From a virus (taxonomy: Duplodnaviria; Caudoviricetes): a stretch of 60,083 nucleotides of DNA. Both the position numbers and the translations under genes were made by a program. Numbering within the stretch: the first letter of the stretch is position 1; each line of letters opens with the position of its first letter. The stretch lies in IMG/VR virus record IMGVR_UViG_3300030109_004892, positions 1 through 60,083 of that record; one strand, 5' to 3'. The notes below the pieces were generated by a model. The model had not been told where the DNA came from, made no database searches, and saw only the letters and a list, made by a program, of their open reading frames with translations. This document shows, one piece after another, positions 29,054 to 38,843 of the stretch.

Positions 29054-30922
29054 TTATTTTGCCTCCCCCCATGAAGGACCTATCTCTGCATCTACTTTAG
29101 ATGGCACACGTAATTCAATCGCATGTTCCATTACTTCAATAATCTTTTTCTTTTCTTCTTCAGAAGAAAATGACATGTCTAATTCATCATGCACCTGGAT
29201 CAAGGGAAGGAACCCTTCTTTATGCAATTTGACCATAGCCATTTTAGTTTGATCTGCTGCTGATCCTTGGATTAATCTATTCAAAGCTTTGTATGTCCAA
29301 GCACGTTTAATTTTATTCATTCCACCATGTTTTATTTCTGCTTCTTCCCTAGGCAATGCTTTATGAACACCAAAATAATTTGGTTCCCATAAATGAAACC
29401 GACATTTACGACCTAGAATAGTTCTAATGTATCCTTTTTCTCCTGCCCTACGCATAGTTTTATCTGTTAATTCTTTTACAAAAGGCACAGTTGAATGGTA
29501 TTGTTTAAAGACTGTATCTATATCATCTTTATCTAGCCCTAATTCGCTCATCAGTTTACCTTTACCCATTCCGTACATCATCCCTAGGTTAATTGTTTTA
29601 GCCTGCTTACGGTCTATATTTGCCATGTTTGCAACAGCTTGATGAAAGTCTATATCTTGGTTGGTATAGCCATCTACTAAAGGAGCTACCCCTTCTAATT
29701 CTATTCGGTCACTTATTATAGCACCATAATGAACTAATAAACGTGGCTCTTGCTGTGAATAATCAAAAATCCCCCACTTCTCCCCTTCTTCCGGGATAAA
29801 TAATGATCTTATTTTAGGACTAATTTTAGGGTTTCTTGCAGGAATCTGTTGTAAGTTAGGGTTTTGCATACTTAATCTTCCGGAAATAGTACCACCTGTT
29901 TCCGATCTCAATTGATTTACATCTGCATGAATGCGCCCTTTATGAGAATGTTTTAAAATAGAATCAATAAAAGTAGTATATGCTTTGTTTATTTCTCTTG
30001 CCTCAACAATTTGTTTAGCAAAGGGATGGGAATGAGTAGATAAAAAGTTCTTATCAAAACTAGGAAGACCTGTAGGTGTACGATTGTAAGGTATCTTTAA
30101 CTTATCAAAAGCTTTTGCAATAGATAATGGTGCTAAAATCTCTACCTCAAACCCACACTTCTTATATAAACTCTCTAATATCTTTTTCTCTCCCGCTTTA
30201 AACTCTGCTTTAAGACGTTCTGCTTTTTCTATATCCACTCTCACTCCTCTTCTTTTCATGTGAAATAGAATAGGAAGAAGTTCTGTTTCTAAATTAAATA
30301 CCGATGTTAATTCTTGTCTAATTAATTCTACCTTTAGTGCATTCCATAGCTTTAATGTGACAGCAGCATCTTGTTCAGCATAAGGACCCACGTACATAGC
30401 TGGTAACAAATGCATCTCTGCTTTTGCATCTACACCAAAGTCTTTTGCAGCTTCATACAATCCAGCCTCTGATTTTGTTTCTCCTACATATTCTTGCGCT
30501 ATTTCTTTTAAAGAATAATTTCTTCTGTTCTCATCAATCAAAGGAGCAGCAATCATTGTGTCACAAATACGGCCTTTTACTTCAAGGCCCATGGCACTTA
30601 ACCATCCCACATCATAGATAGCATTATGAAATATTTTATCGCACGGTAAATCTAATATCTTTTGTAATTGTCGTTTAAAAACTTTCTCGTCAAAGTTGCC
30701 ACCACCAGGATGTGCAAGAGGAAAGTATCCTTGCCAACCCTCCACGGCCAACGCTACACCAATAACTTTTCCTTTTTTAACAGCCCATCCAGGTCCTGTT
30801 GTTTTTAAACCAGGATCATGAGTTTCTAAGTCGATAGCTATCTCTGTTGCAGCTTCAAGATTAGGAATGTTTTCCGGAGGAATCCACTCACTAGGTGCTT
30901 GGAACAAAGACGGCTGTCTCAC
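29054..30922 (-). CDS. polA: Family A DNA polymerase with 3'-5' exonuclease domain
   Basis: DLET, HNA.YD, YAEQD (exonuclease); GRLS..PNLQQIP, DYSQQEPR, KTINLGMMYG, QGSAAD, VHDE. Confidence 0.97.
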   Translation of the reverse strand: MRQPSLFQAPSEWIPPENIPNLEAATEIAIDLETHDPGLKTTGPGWAVKKGKVIGVALAVEGWQGYFPLAHPGGGNFDEKVFKRQLQKILDLPCDKIFHNAIYDVGWLSAMGLEVKGRICDTMIAAPLIDENRRNYSLKEIAQEYVGETKSEAGLYEAAKDFGVDAKAEMHLLPAMYVGPYAEQDAAVTLKLWNALKVELIRQELTSVFNLETELLPILFHMKRRGVRVDIEKAERLKAEFKAGEKKILESLYKKCGFEVEILAPLSIAKAFDKLKIPYNRTPTGLPSFDKNFLSTHSHPFAKQIVEAREINKAYTTFIDSILKHSHKGRIHADVNQLRSETGGTISGRLSMQNPNLQQIPARNPKISPKIRSLFIPEEGEKWGIFDYSQQEPRLLVHYGAIISDRIELEGVAPLVDGYTNQDIDFHQAVANMANIDRKQAKTINLGMMYGMGKGKLMSELGLDKDDIDTVFKQYHSTVPFVKELTDKTMRRAGEKGYIRTILGRKCRFHLWEPNYFGVHKALPREEAEIKHGGMNKIKRAWTYKALNRLIQGSAADQTKMAMVKLHKEGFLPLIQVHDELDMSFSSEEEKKKIIEVMEHAIELRVPSKVDAEIGPSWGEAK

Positions 30923-31183
30923 TTATCCCTTTCGTTAAGTTCTCCCGCTATAGCTGCGTAGGCTGCTAAGTCTATATAGCTATCTGTTTTATGTGCATGC
31001 ATTAGTCTTGCCACTTTAACTAAAGCCATACACATCGCCACATCATGTGCAGTTATCTTTTTGCGGAGGAAAATAGACCACAATGCAGCGATGTTCTTGT
31101 GATTAGTAAGCTTATCGCCATAATCGTCTTGACGGTCCTTACCTATTAATTCTTTTGCTAGTTCTAAAATATTTTGAGAGATC
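30919..31183 (-). CDS. DUF6378-like protein
   Basis: R..DYG...I..LWS...VA.CM..VK.AR...DS..D.A.Y; likely ATG start at 31183. Confidence 0.75.
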
Positions 31184-31637
31184 ATTTTTTTAAAATAAAG
31201 CAAGCAATATGCCTACCTAATCCTTTCCCGTGACTATTATCTTCTGTTGCCAACCATTTAACATCTTTTAAATTTCTAACTTCTGCTCCAGCTTCTAGCA
31301 TCATTAATATCCATTTATCTACTGGAAAAACAAATACTACATCTTTACCTTTTTCATGTTCTGCAAGAACTTTTCTAACCCATGCTGTTGGACCTTTCTT
31401 TTTTCCTTCATGTATTATAGATCCAAAGGGAGGGTTAACATAACTAGATTTTCCCCACTCACACGTAAGACCATCAAAATCTTTTGGTAAAGGATAAGGA
31501 CACGGATCAAAATCAAAATTAAATTCTTTGTCTAACTTGTTATATAAATCTGGTGGAGTTAACCAATAATGTTTTCCATCTTTAGGATTACCTATTTTAA
31601 ATTTATTTTTATTTGGATCTTTAACTACTTTAACCAT
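31182..31637 (-). CDS. Phage DNA N6-adenine methyltransferase
   Basis: WLTP...FDFDPCP...DGL..EW....VNPPF. Confidence 0.85.
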   Translation of the reverse strand: MVKVVKDPNKNKFKIGNPKDGKHYWLTPPDLYNKLDKEFNFDFDPCPYPLPKDFDGLTCEWGKSSYVNPPFGSIIHEGKKKGPTAWVRKVLAEHEKGKDVVFVFPVDKWILMMLEAGAEVRNLKDVKWLATEDNSHGKGLGRHIACFILKK

Positions 31638-33187
31638 TAAAATATTTCTTGGAATTCTCGTGTGGATTCAGATTCAATAATATGTAAAGATTTTTTTGCT
31701 CTTGTTACTCCCACGTAAAACACTCGCCTCTCATCGTCTTGTTGCAAAAAATAGTTGTCATCAACTTTTTTTGGTAAATCTGTTAATAGCATAACATGGT
31801 CAGCTTCGCCACCCTTAGCTGCATGAATGGTAGATAATTTTATATTTTTAGATACATTAAAGTCTTTTTGGCGCTGTAATGCAGCGTTTATATATATTTT
31901 TTGAGAGTCTGGTATGTTGTCTAAAGCATAGTCCCAAGGTCTATCTTTATGTACATTTAACCCATGATTCAAAATTAAAGTATCGTGATCATAATCTTTT
32001 TCTTCATCAGCACCACGTAGTTCTTTATATCCATGTGCTATATGATTATTACCGGACATATAATAATACATATCCTTTACCATCCGAAAAGGAATAACAC
32101 CTCCCTCTTGTATTCTCTTCCATCCAATAATAGCATTCAACATTTTCTCGGATACACTTGAACGATTGTATCTTTCAAAAAACAATCCTCTTGTTTTAAG
32201 GTCCTCGGCTATTTGATCTAATAAATAATTTGTACGACCTAGTATCAACCAGGTCCCTTGTGTTAAATCCATTGTATAATTTAAACGACTACGATGATAA
32301 ACAACTTTGCCTTCTTCTTCTCGTGGCTGCCATTCTTTTTTTACTCTGTCAACAACAGGAGTAATTATTTTTTGAGCAATCTTATGGACTTTCTTAGGAA
32401 TACGATAAGACTTATTAAGTATTTCTCTTTTGCTTTTAATCTTTTTTAATCTTCCTATGTCGGCACCGGCCCAATTAAATATAGCTTGGTCATCATCACC
32501 TGCAATGTATGCACGATCAGCCTTACGAATAAGTTGCTCTACCATTTGCCATTGAATAAAACTTAAATCTTGGGCTTCATCAACAATAACTACATCTAAA
32601 GTAGGTGCATTATCCATCTTAATAAATTCTAAAATCATATCGGTAAAATCAAATAGGGTATGTTTCTTTTTATATTGGGCTATCCCTCTATCGACATAAC
32701 TTAATTTTTCAAACCCACCTTCTATATGTAAATTACTTCTCATAAATTGATTCTGTAATGACACTCCTTGAATCTTTGCTTGATCTATTAAAGATAAATA
32801 AACATCCTTAGAACTAGAAATCCCTAATTCATTAACAGTCTTATTGGGATTATCTATTCTAATTTGTAACCAGTCAGAAAGTTCTTTATAATTTAAATCA
32901 CCCATCACGTCTGCTGGTTTTAAATTTAAATGATGATAAGCTAAACTATGTAGTGTTCTAAAATAAGTAAAATCTTTTTTGTCTAATTTAAATTTTATTA
33001 TCGCTCTTGTAACAGCTTCTCGTGCAGCTTTTTGTGTAAAAGAAAAGTATCCTATTTTCCCTACAGGTGTGCCATTATTAATTTCTTCCTCCACTATATT
33101 TAAAAGTCTTGTGGTTTTACCTGTACCAGGTGGACCAAACACAGTCACAATTTTCTCTGCATGTCTATCGTTTAGAACCATCTTCAT
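31637..33187 (-). CDS. UvrD/Rep-like SF1 helicase
   Basis: GPPGTGKT, DEAQD, GDDDQAIF, SYR, STIH.AKGGE, YVG.TRAK. Confidence 0.93.
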   Translation of the reverse strand: MKMVLNDRHAEKIVTVFGPPGTGKTTRLLNIVEEEINNGTPVGKIGYFSFTQKAAREAVTRAIIKFKLDKKDFTYFRTLHSLAYHHLNLKPADVMGDLNYKELSDWLQIRIDNPNKTVNELGISSSKDVYLSLIDQAKIQGVSLQNQFMRSNLHIEGGFEKLSYVDRGIAQYKKKHTLFDFTDMILEFIKMDNAPTLDVVIVDEAQDLSFIQWQMVEQLIRKADRAYIAGDDDQAIFNWAGADIGRLKKIKSKREILNKSYRIPKKVHKIAQKIITPVVDRVKKEWQPREEEGKVVYHRSRLNYTMDLTQGTWLILGRTNYLLDQIAEDLKTRGLFFERYNRSSVSEKMLNAIIGWKRIQEGGVIPFRMVKDMYYYMSGNNHIAHGYKELRGADEEKDYDHDTLILNHGLNVHKDRPWDYALDNIPDSQKIYINAALQRQKDFNVSKNIKLSTIHAAKGGEADHVMLLTDLPKKVDDNYFLQQDDERRVFYVGVTRAKKSLHIIESESTREFQEIF

Positions 33188-33326
33188 CCTGAATTAACAT
33201 TAAATTTAACTTGATCATTTTTAAATCATCAACTAGCATTCGCCTGGTTAATTTTTGTCTTCTATTCTCTGCTTTAGCTACAAGCTTAGAAGCTATAGCT
33301 AGAGTTTCTTTAATTAGTTTACTCAT
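33165..33326 (-). CDS. Small hypothetical protein (53 aa)
   Basis: GGAGG RBS, ATGA overlap; MSKLIKETLAIASKLVAKAENRRQK... Confidence 0.55.
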   Translation of the reverse strand: MSKLIKETLAIASKLVAKAENRRQKLTRRMLVDDLKMIKLNLMLIQDEDGSKR

Positions 33327-33490
33327 TTTTTATCCTCCAATCCCGTTGCCTCTGGATGACTCCAATAATCTTTACGAAGTATTTTAAAAAGTTTGTAGCA
33401 GCTATCACAATAAAACTTATCTTTTGGATCTTCTATTACTGCATCTTTATCACAGTATTTACATTTTACATATTCATCTTCATTTGACAT
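33323..33490 (-). CDS. Small zinc-finger protein (55 aa)
   Basis: CKYC...CDSC; GGAGG RBS, TAATG coupling. Confidence 0.65.
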   Translation of the reverse strand: MSNEDEYVKCKYCDKDAVIEDPKDKFYCDSCYKLFKILRKDYWSHPEATGLEDKK

Positions 33491-34995
33491 TAAAATGGTA
33501 CCTCCTCATTATTTTCTTTTGGTAAATTAAATTCGTCTTTTTGTTTTTCTATTTTTGGAACCCACCATACTCGTGTATTCCTACCTCTAATCCTACGAAC
33601 AACACAATCCCCATTCAATTGTCTAAGTCGTGCGCCTATTCTTGTAGGATCAAACCCTTTAAATCTTTTCTTCTCTAAATATTCTTCTAACTTTGCCATT
33701 AAGAAATATGTTTTATCTTCTTCAGTAAATGCTTTACCTAATCTCAGCTCATCTAAATGAGTTCCTTCTCCTTGATCCAAAATGAAAGCTTCCAAGTGTC
33801 CATCAAATCGTCCCTCTATTCTTACATCATCCGGCATTTCAATTACTTCTACATTCTCAATTAATTCTTTTATTTTATTCATCCACTCTTGACGGCTCAC
33901 GGTATTTAACACCACATTAATTTGATCAATACATGCAAGAATAAATTCAGATTGATTATAAAGCTGCCGAGTAGATAAGCTGACCCCCTGGCCATCGACA
34001 CTTATAAACCAAACAGAATTATCTGATTGATACTTTTGTAAGTTAGAAAATTTATGTTCATAAGCAAAGCCAATACCATATTCTCTTTTGCGACATTCAA
34101 TTGAGTCACAAAAAGCACACATAGGTTGGTCTTTACATTTGTATTGGTATTCTTGTTTCGTATGTTGATTGATTATTTTTTGTACTTGTTTATACTCTAA
34201 AGGGGGAGTGATATGTTGATGATTAAAAGAAGAGACTTTATCTTCCCACCCTTCTTTCCATTTCTTTTTTGCATACACTGCATATTGATAAAGAGTATTG
34301 TCTCTTCCTCCCTCCCCAATTCCTTGATCCATTAATGTTTGAATACATGGAGGACCATCACTTAATTCATTCTTATCATCTATATTAATTTTAGGTTTTA
34401 CTTTATTTAAGTCTTTGACTTTGTATTTATCATAGAGTTCATAAAATTCTTGCAACGAAGCAGAAGTACCATCATCCAAAAAAGCATAACGATTAGACTC
34501 ATCGCCATTAAAATAGGGAAGATTAAGAAAATTACCAGTATCGCCCCTTTCAGTATTAAGTTTAATTTGTTTAGGAAATACTTCACAATTACCATACCCT
34601 AGCACTGCAGCTAATTGAGTTAACTTATTACGAAGATCCTCTGCTGCAACTGGATATTCTGTAAATAAAAATAAATGTGCACCACCACTTTTAGATCGAC
34701 ATACTATAAAAGGTAGTTCTAATTTTCTAATTTTTTCTATAATTTTTTTATGTTCTAAAGGATAAGTATCAATATCAATACAACCCCAAGAACAAGTGCT
34801 ATCATCTCTAATGGGGATGATACCAAGACTAGGTTCCACACCCTCAAGATGATTCTTCCATAATGTATCTGATACATTATCTTTTTTAATGTATGCATTT
34901 CCTCCCTGCTTTCCATTTTTTAAATCCCCTGAAAGGTATTGGCCATAGGCTCTATCTAACCCGGAAAATATTTGTTTAAATTTTTCTATACTCAT
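33490..34995 (-). CDS. AEP-type primase with PriCT-like domain
   Basis: W..HL.G...GIIP...WGCIDID...RSKSGGAHLFLF...FPKQ...GNFLNLPY; EGGRDNTL. Confidence 0.85.
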   Translation of the reverse strand: MSIEKFKQIFSGLDRAYGQYLSGDLKNGKQGGNAYIKKDNVSDTLWKNHLEGVEPSLGIIPIRDDSTCSWGCIDIDTYPLEHKKIIEKIRKLELPFIVCRSKSGGAHLFLFTEYPVAAEDLRNKLTQLAAVLGYGNCEVFPKQIKLNTERGDTGNFLNLPYFNGDESNRYAFLDDGTSASLQEFYELYDKYKVKDLNKVKPKINIDDKNELSDGPPCIQTLMDQGIGEGGRDNTLYQYAVYAKKKWKEGWEDKVSSFNHQHITPPLEYKQVQKIINQHTKQEYQYKCKDQPMCAFCDSIECRKREYGIGFAYEHKFSNLQKYQSDNSVWFISVDGQGVSLSTRQLYNQSEFILACIDQINVVLNTVSRQEWMNKIKELIENVEVIEMPDDVRIEGRFDGHLEAFILDQGEGTHLDELRLGKAFTEEDKTYFLMAKLEEYLEKKRFKGFDPTRIGARLRQLNGDCVVRRIRGRNTRVWWVPKIEKQKDEFNLPKENNEEVPF

Positions 34996-35012
34996 AAGAC
35001 AGCTTTGTTTTG

Positions 35013-35111
35013 CGAGTCGTTGGGTGTATAAGTTTAAATGAACCTCGTTGGATACCTATACACCCTAGTGAAGTGACTCGAACCTCCATGCCTTTTGGAA
35101 CTACCCAACGA
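35013..35111 (-). promoter_or_regulatory. Structured intergenic leader of the primase gene
   Basis: Long hairpin plus two alternative partners for an upstream 9-10 nt segment. Confidence 0.5.
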
Positions 35112-35113
35112 AA

Positions 35114-35881
35114 CTAGAATGGAGTTTTATCGTTTTGTTTTTCTTCCATATCAGGTACTAACTTATCTTTAGCTAGTGCCATCTCTTCAGAAAACGAACG
35201 AGCTTCTCTAACCTGTGCCTCATTTGAAAGCATTGAATCAACTTCAATCTTCCATTTGTACCAGGTTTTATCCCCGTTCTTTGTCTTTTCTGATTTCAAC
35301 AAATACGAATGAGACCACATCGGTGGTGTAAAATGTACACCCTCCGAATTCTTGATCTTCAAATTCTTCATCTTACTATTCCAATTTCTACTTGGAGTTA
35401 GCTGAGATGATTTCATTGATATAACAGCTTGACTTGTCTCTCCCTTCCCACCAATTATTAATACAAAATAATTTGCTGTCTCTTCAATGTAATTACCTGA
35501 ATTATCATTGGTGTAATATTTACTATCCTCCCCACGAACAGTATTGTTCATGACATCTTTGGATTGGTGCACGGCCACCGGCCCTTTAGCACCACTTCCA
35601 ACCGGAGCCCATTCAACGTACGTTTTATGGTAGACACAAGGAACCACTTTGACTCCTTGGTCTGAAGGCCACCAGTCGCCAGTCACAGAGTTAAATATAT
35701 GACCACTTCTCAGTGACTCATCATTCTCTATTTCTGGAGACATAGCTTGTAGTAGTTTTAATCGAGGAAGTTGCAGATCATCTGCATTCATATCCTCAAA
35801 ACCAGTTTGTACATTTTCAAACTGACTCATAATTGCAACGGCCGAACTGCCATTGTTTTTTTTCACAACTGTTTTATTCAT
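35114..35881 (-). CDS. Single-stranded DNA-binding protein
   Basis: LPRLKLLQ..SP...YVEW...SMKSSQL..SR.WN; tail ending in PF. Confidence 0.7.
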   Translation of the reverse strand: MNKTVVKKNNGSSAVAIMSQFENVQTGFEDMNADDLQLPRLKLLQAMSPEIENDESLRSGHIFNSVTGDWWPSDQGVKVVPCVYHKTYVEWAPVGSGAKGPVAVHQSKDVMNNTVRGEDSKYYTNDNSGNYIEETANYFVLIIGGKGETSQAVISMKSSQLTPSRNWNSKMKNLKIKNSEGVHFTPPMWSHSYLLKSEKTKNGDKTWYKWKIEVDSMLSNEAQVREARSFSEEMALAKDKLVPDMEEKQNDKTPF

Positions 35882-35904
35882 AATTTATACCTCATTGTTT
35901 AAAG

Positions 35905-36465
35905 TTACGATTGTTTGATACTGACTTTATTAAGCCTAAAGGCACCAAACAATTTATCATCAAAGTCTACTCCATCTCTGGATTTTGCATTCAAGTACGA
36001 CCTAAGTGTACTCGGATGTATTGATGAATTCTCATTCGGAACGAGTCCCGAATCTTCTGCTAGTTGTCTGAATTCCTGGGCAATTTTGTCTTCACCCTTT
36101 TTGAAATCCACACTTACTATGTTCTTTATTATATCACCATCTCCTTGATCTCGCACCCAATTAAATGCAGCTACTTTATTCTCTTCTTTAATACTGCAAT
36201 AGAGTTGCTCTTTTGTAGTGACTTTAGATCCATCAGTTAATTTTAATTCTGATACACCTTTTGATTGTAGAAGATCAGTAATACTATCTGCTAGGACCTG
36301 TTCTTCTTCTTTTAATTTTTTGACCATCGTCTCAGCCGTCATGATCTTATCTTGTATAGCTTTTATTCTTTCCAACTCTGCGCCTAGCTGACCTAGTGCC
36401 TCATCATCAATTTCATTAAAAGCTTTGGTAGATTCTTCTTCAAATAAATTTGTTATTTTATTCAT
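35905..36465 (-). CDS. Conserved replication-module coiled-coil protein
   Basis: AF.W.R..G.GDIIKN...HPSTL motif. Confidence 0.7.
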   Translation of the reverse strand: MNKITNLFEEESTKAFNEIDDEALGQLGAELERIKAIQDKIMTAETMVKKLKEEEQVLADSITDLLQSKGVSELKLTDGSKVTTKEQLYCSIKEENKVAAFNWVRDQGDGDIIKNIVSVDFKKGEDKIAQEFRQLAEDSGLVPNENSSIHPSTLRSYLNAKSRDGVDFDDKLFGAFRLNKVSIKQS

Positions 36466-36491
36466 ATCTATTCTCCCACATTATCTTTTAT

Positions 36492-36527
36492 TATTTACTT
36501 GCATTAAATCTTATAGTCAAGTATAAA
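36492..36527. promoter_or_regulatory. Overlapping divergent sigma70 promoters with ATCTTAT operator
   Basis: + TTGCAT-17-TATAAA; - TTGACT-17-TAAATA. Confidence 0.65.
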
Positions 36528-36538
36528 AAAAATTAATT

Positions 36539-38005
36539 ATGGGAGAGTATAAATTTAAGACAAAACCTTACGATCATCAGCTAAAAGCTTTACAGAAATC
36601 CTGGGATAAAGAATACTACGGTCTCTTTATGGAGATGGGTACAGGTAAATCTAAGGTTTTAATTGATGAAATTGCTAGTCTTTATATGCGAGGTAAGATT
36701 ACGGCTGCATTAATTGTTGCTCCTAAAGGTGTGTATAGAAACTGGGAAAAGGGGGAACTACCTGCTCATATGCCTGATGAAATACCTATTCATGTGGCTG
36801 CATGGAAAGCTCCAAGTGAGATGACGATCCAAGATAAAAAAGATTTAAAAGAAATATTAATAGCTAATGGTAGACTTCGTATACTGTTAATGAATGTCGA
36901 AGCTTTTAGTGGAGTAAAAGGTAGTAAGTTTGCTGCACAGTTTTTACACAAATCTAACACACTCATGGCCATAGATGAAAGCACCACGATTAAAACACCA
37001 AGTGCTTCTAGAACAAAAAACATTTTAAAGATTGGTAAGTTAGCTAAGTACCGTAGGATTATGACAGGTTCTCCTGTCACTAAGAATCCTTTAGATGTGT
37101 ACTCCCAATTAGAATTTTTAAGTGATAAGATACTGCGCCAGAATTACTGGGCGTTCAGATCTAGGTTTGCGATTATGCGTAATGTGAACTTTGGTCCACG
37201 CTCCACGCAACTTGTTGTTGGGTTTCAACGAATACCAGAACTCAATACTATTGTAGAGAACCATTCATACCGAGTATTGAAAGAAGATTGTTTGGATCTT
37301 CCGGATAAAGTTTATGAAAAAAGATTTGTTGGTCTTACTCCTGAACAAGTGAAAGCGTATGAAGAGATGAGACGATTTAATATGACTGAACTAGAAGGGG
37401 AAACCATGACAAGTTTATCAAGCCTCACGGCTCTTATCAGGTTACATCAGATAAGCTGTGGTCATATTGCTCTTGATAATGGAGAAACAAAACCTTTGAA
37501 AAGCAATAGGATGAATGAACTTCTTAATGTTCTTGATGAAGTTGAAGGCAAGGTTATCATCTGGGCTAGTTATAGATTTGATCTCAAACATATTGAAGAA
37601 ACATTGAAAGAAAAATTTGGAGAAGAAAGTACAGCATCTTATTTTGGAGATACAAAAGATAAAGACCGACAAGCAATTGTTGAACGATTCCAGGATAAGA
37701 ACTCTAAGCTGAAATATTTTGTGGGTAATCCATCAACTGGTGGATACGGCTTAACATTAACAGCAGCTCATACTGTAATTTATTATTCGAATACTTATGA
37801 CTTGGAAAAGCGAATGCAATCTGAGGATAGGGCGCACAGAATTGGTCAAGTTAATAAAGTGACTTACATTGATTTGATTAGTGAGGGAACTATAGATGAA
37901 AAAATTGTTCAGAGCTTACGTAGCAAGATTGATATCGCAAGTGCTGTGATGGGTGAGGACGTTAAACAATGGTTAATTGAACCAGTAAATAAAAGGAGAA
38001 AATGA
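36539..38005 (+). CDS. SNF2-family (SF2) helicase
   Basis: MEMGTGKS, DEST, TGSP, GGYGLTLT, QSEDRAHRIGQ. Confidence 0.95.
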   Translation: MGEYKFKTKPYDHQLKALQKSWDKEYYGLFMEMGTGKSKVLIDEIASLYMRGKITAALIVAPKGVYRNWEKGELPAHMPDEIPIHVAAWKAPSEMTIQDKKDLKEILIANGRLRILLMNVEAFSGVKGSKFAAQFLHKSNTLMAIDESTTIKTPSASRTKNILKIGKLAKYRRIMTGSPVTKNPLDVYSQLEFLSDKILRQNYWAFRSRFAIMRNVNFGPRSTQLVVGFQRIPELNTIVENHSYRVLKEDCLDLPDKVYEKRFVGLTPEQVKAYEEMRRFNMTELEGETMTSLSSLTALIRLHQISCGHIALDNGETKPLKSNRMNELLNVLDEVEGKVIIWASYRFDLKHIEETLKEKFGEESTASYFGDTKDKDRQAIVERFQDKNSKLKYFVGNPSTGGYGLTLTAAHTVIYYSNTYDLEKRMQSEDRAHRIGQVNKVTYIDLISEGTIDEKIVQSLRSKIDIASAVMGEDVKQWLIEPVNKRRK

Positions 38006-38178
38006 TGGATACATCTAAATATAAATCAGTAGCCACGAAAATGGATACTTATCATAAGGCCAAATTAATGGCTGAGAATACACATAGAAGCATTGGTGCT
38101 TACATTTCTATGGTCATTGATGAGGCTTGGAAGAAACAAAAACCTGCATTAAAGAGTAAACTTAATAGTGCCTCGTAA
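38002..38178 (+). CDS. Ribbon-helix-helix-like transcription regulator (58 aa), not in ORF track
   Basis: AAGGAG RBS; MDTSKYKSVATKMDTYHKAKLMAENTHRSIGAYISMVIDEAW. Confidence 0.65.
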   Translation: MMDTSKYKSVATKMDTYHKAKLMAENTHRSIGAYISMVIDEAWKKQKPALKSKLNSAS

Positions 38179-38341
38179 ACTTTCTCTTGAAGTGAGATTG
38201 AAAAGAGCGCTGGAAAAAGTATCGAAGTCAGCGCTTCGAGACCCACGGACCAGGGAACAAATGGTTGTTCGCATGAGGTGGGAGCGTTTAAGAAATATTG
38301 TTTGGAGAAGATATGACCAAAAAAATATGTCCGAATTGTAA
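38168..38341 (+). CDS. Small basic hypothetical protein (57 aa, GTG start)
   Basis: Fills the gap, overlapping both neighbours. Confidence 0.5.
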   Translation: MPRKLSLEVRLKRALEKVSKSALRDPRTREQMVVRMRWERLRNIVWRRYDQKNMSEL

Positions 38342-38552
38342 TGGTAATGGATTCACACGACATACTTGGGAGGCAACAGATGTAATAATTCAATGCAAAG
38401 TCTGTCATTCCCAAGGGGAATTAGACGAAGATAAACATTATTCTCAGAGCTGGGATGAGACAGATCATCTGGGAAAACCTTATAGAACCTTATATTATGG
38501 ACCACTTTTAGATCCTGAGAGCTTTCCTGGATATAAAATTGACCAAGATTAA
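38313..38552 (+). CDS. DnaJ-type zinc-finger small protein
   Basis: CPNCNGNG...CKVCHSQG; GGAG RBS before 38313. Confidence 0.75.
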   Translation: MTKKICPNCNGNGFTRHTWEATDVIIQCKVCHSQGELDEDKHYSQSWDETDHLGKPYRTLYYGPLLDPESFPGYKIDQD

Positions 38553-38605
38553 GTAGATTTTTTATACAAATTATCTTATAATGCGTCTTTTAACTAAGGC
38601 TACTT

Positions 38606-38809
38606 ATGAGTATTCGATTGCCTGATAGTCCGATAAGAAAAATTTATCGGTGTAATAAATGTAATAAACTCTCTGTTAATTTTTGGAATGCGAAACATGA
38701 CAGAACTTATACAATAGAGGAATGGTTATCTGTTTGTGAAGAGGGAAAAGAATCTTTGCGCAAGATCCTCGCTCCTATTATGGAAGACCCTAAATTTTTT
38801 TTAGATTAA
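38606..38809 (+). CDS. Small hypothetical protein (CxxC)
   Basis: ORF track; LPDSP...CNKC. Confidence 0.6.
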   Translation: MSIRLPDSPIRKIYRCNKCNKLSVNFWNAKHDRTYTIEEWLSVCEEGKESLRKILAPIMEDPKFFLD

Positions 38810-38843
38810 AAAGTTGAATATGACTCTAGGTTAATTAATCAGC

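Noticed and set aside
35070-35090. tRNA gene suggested by GGTTCGAGTC on the minus strand
   Set aside because: No cloverleaf, acceptor stem or anticodon arm could be built
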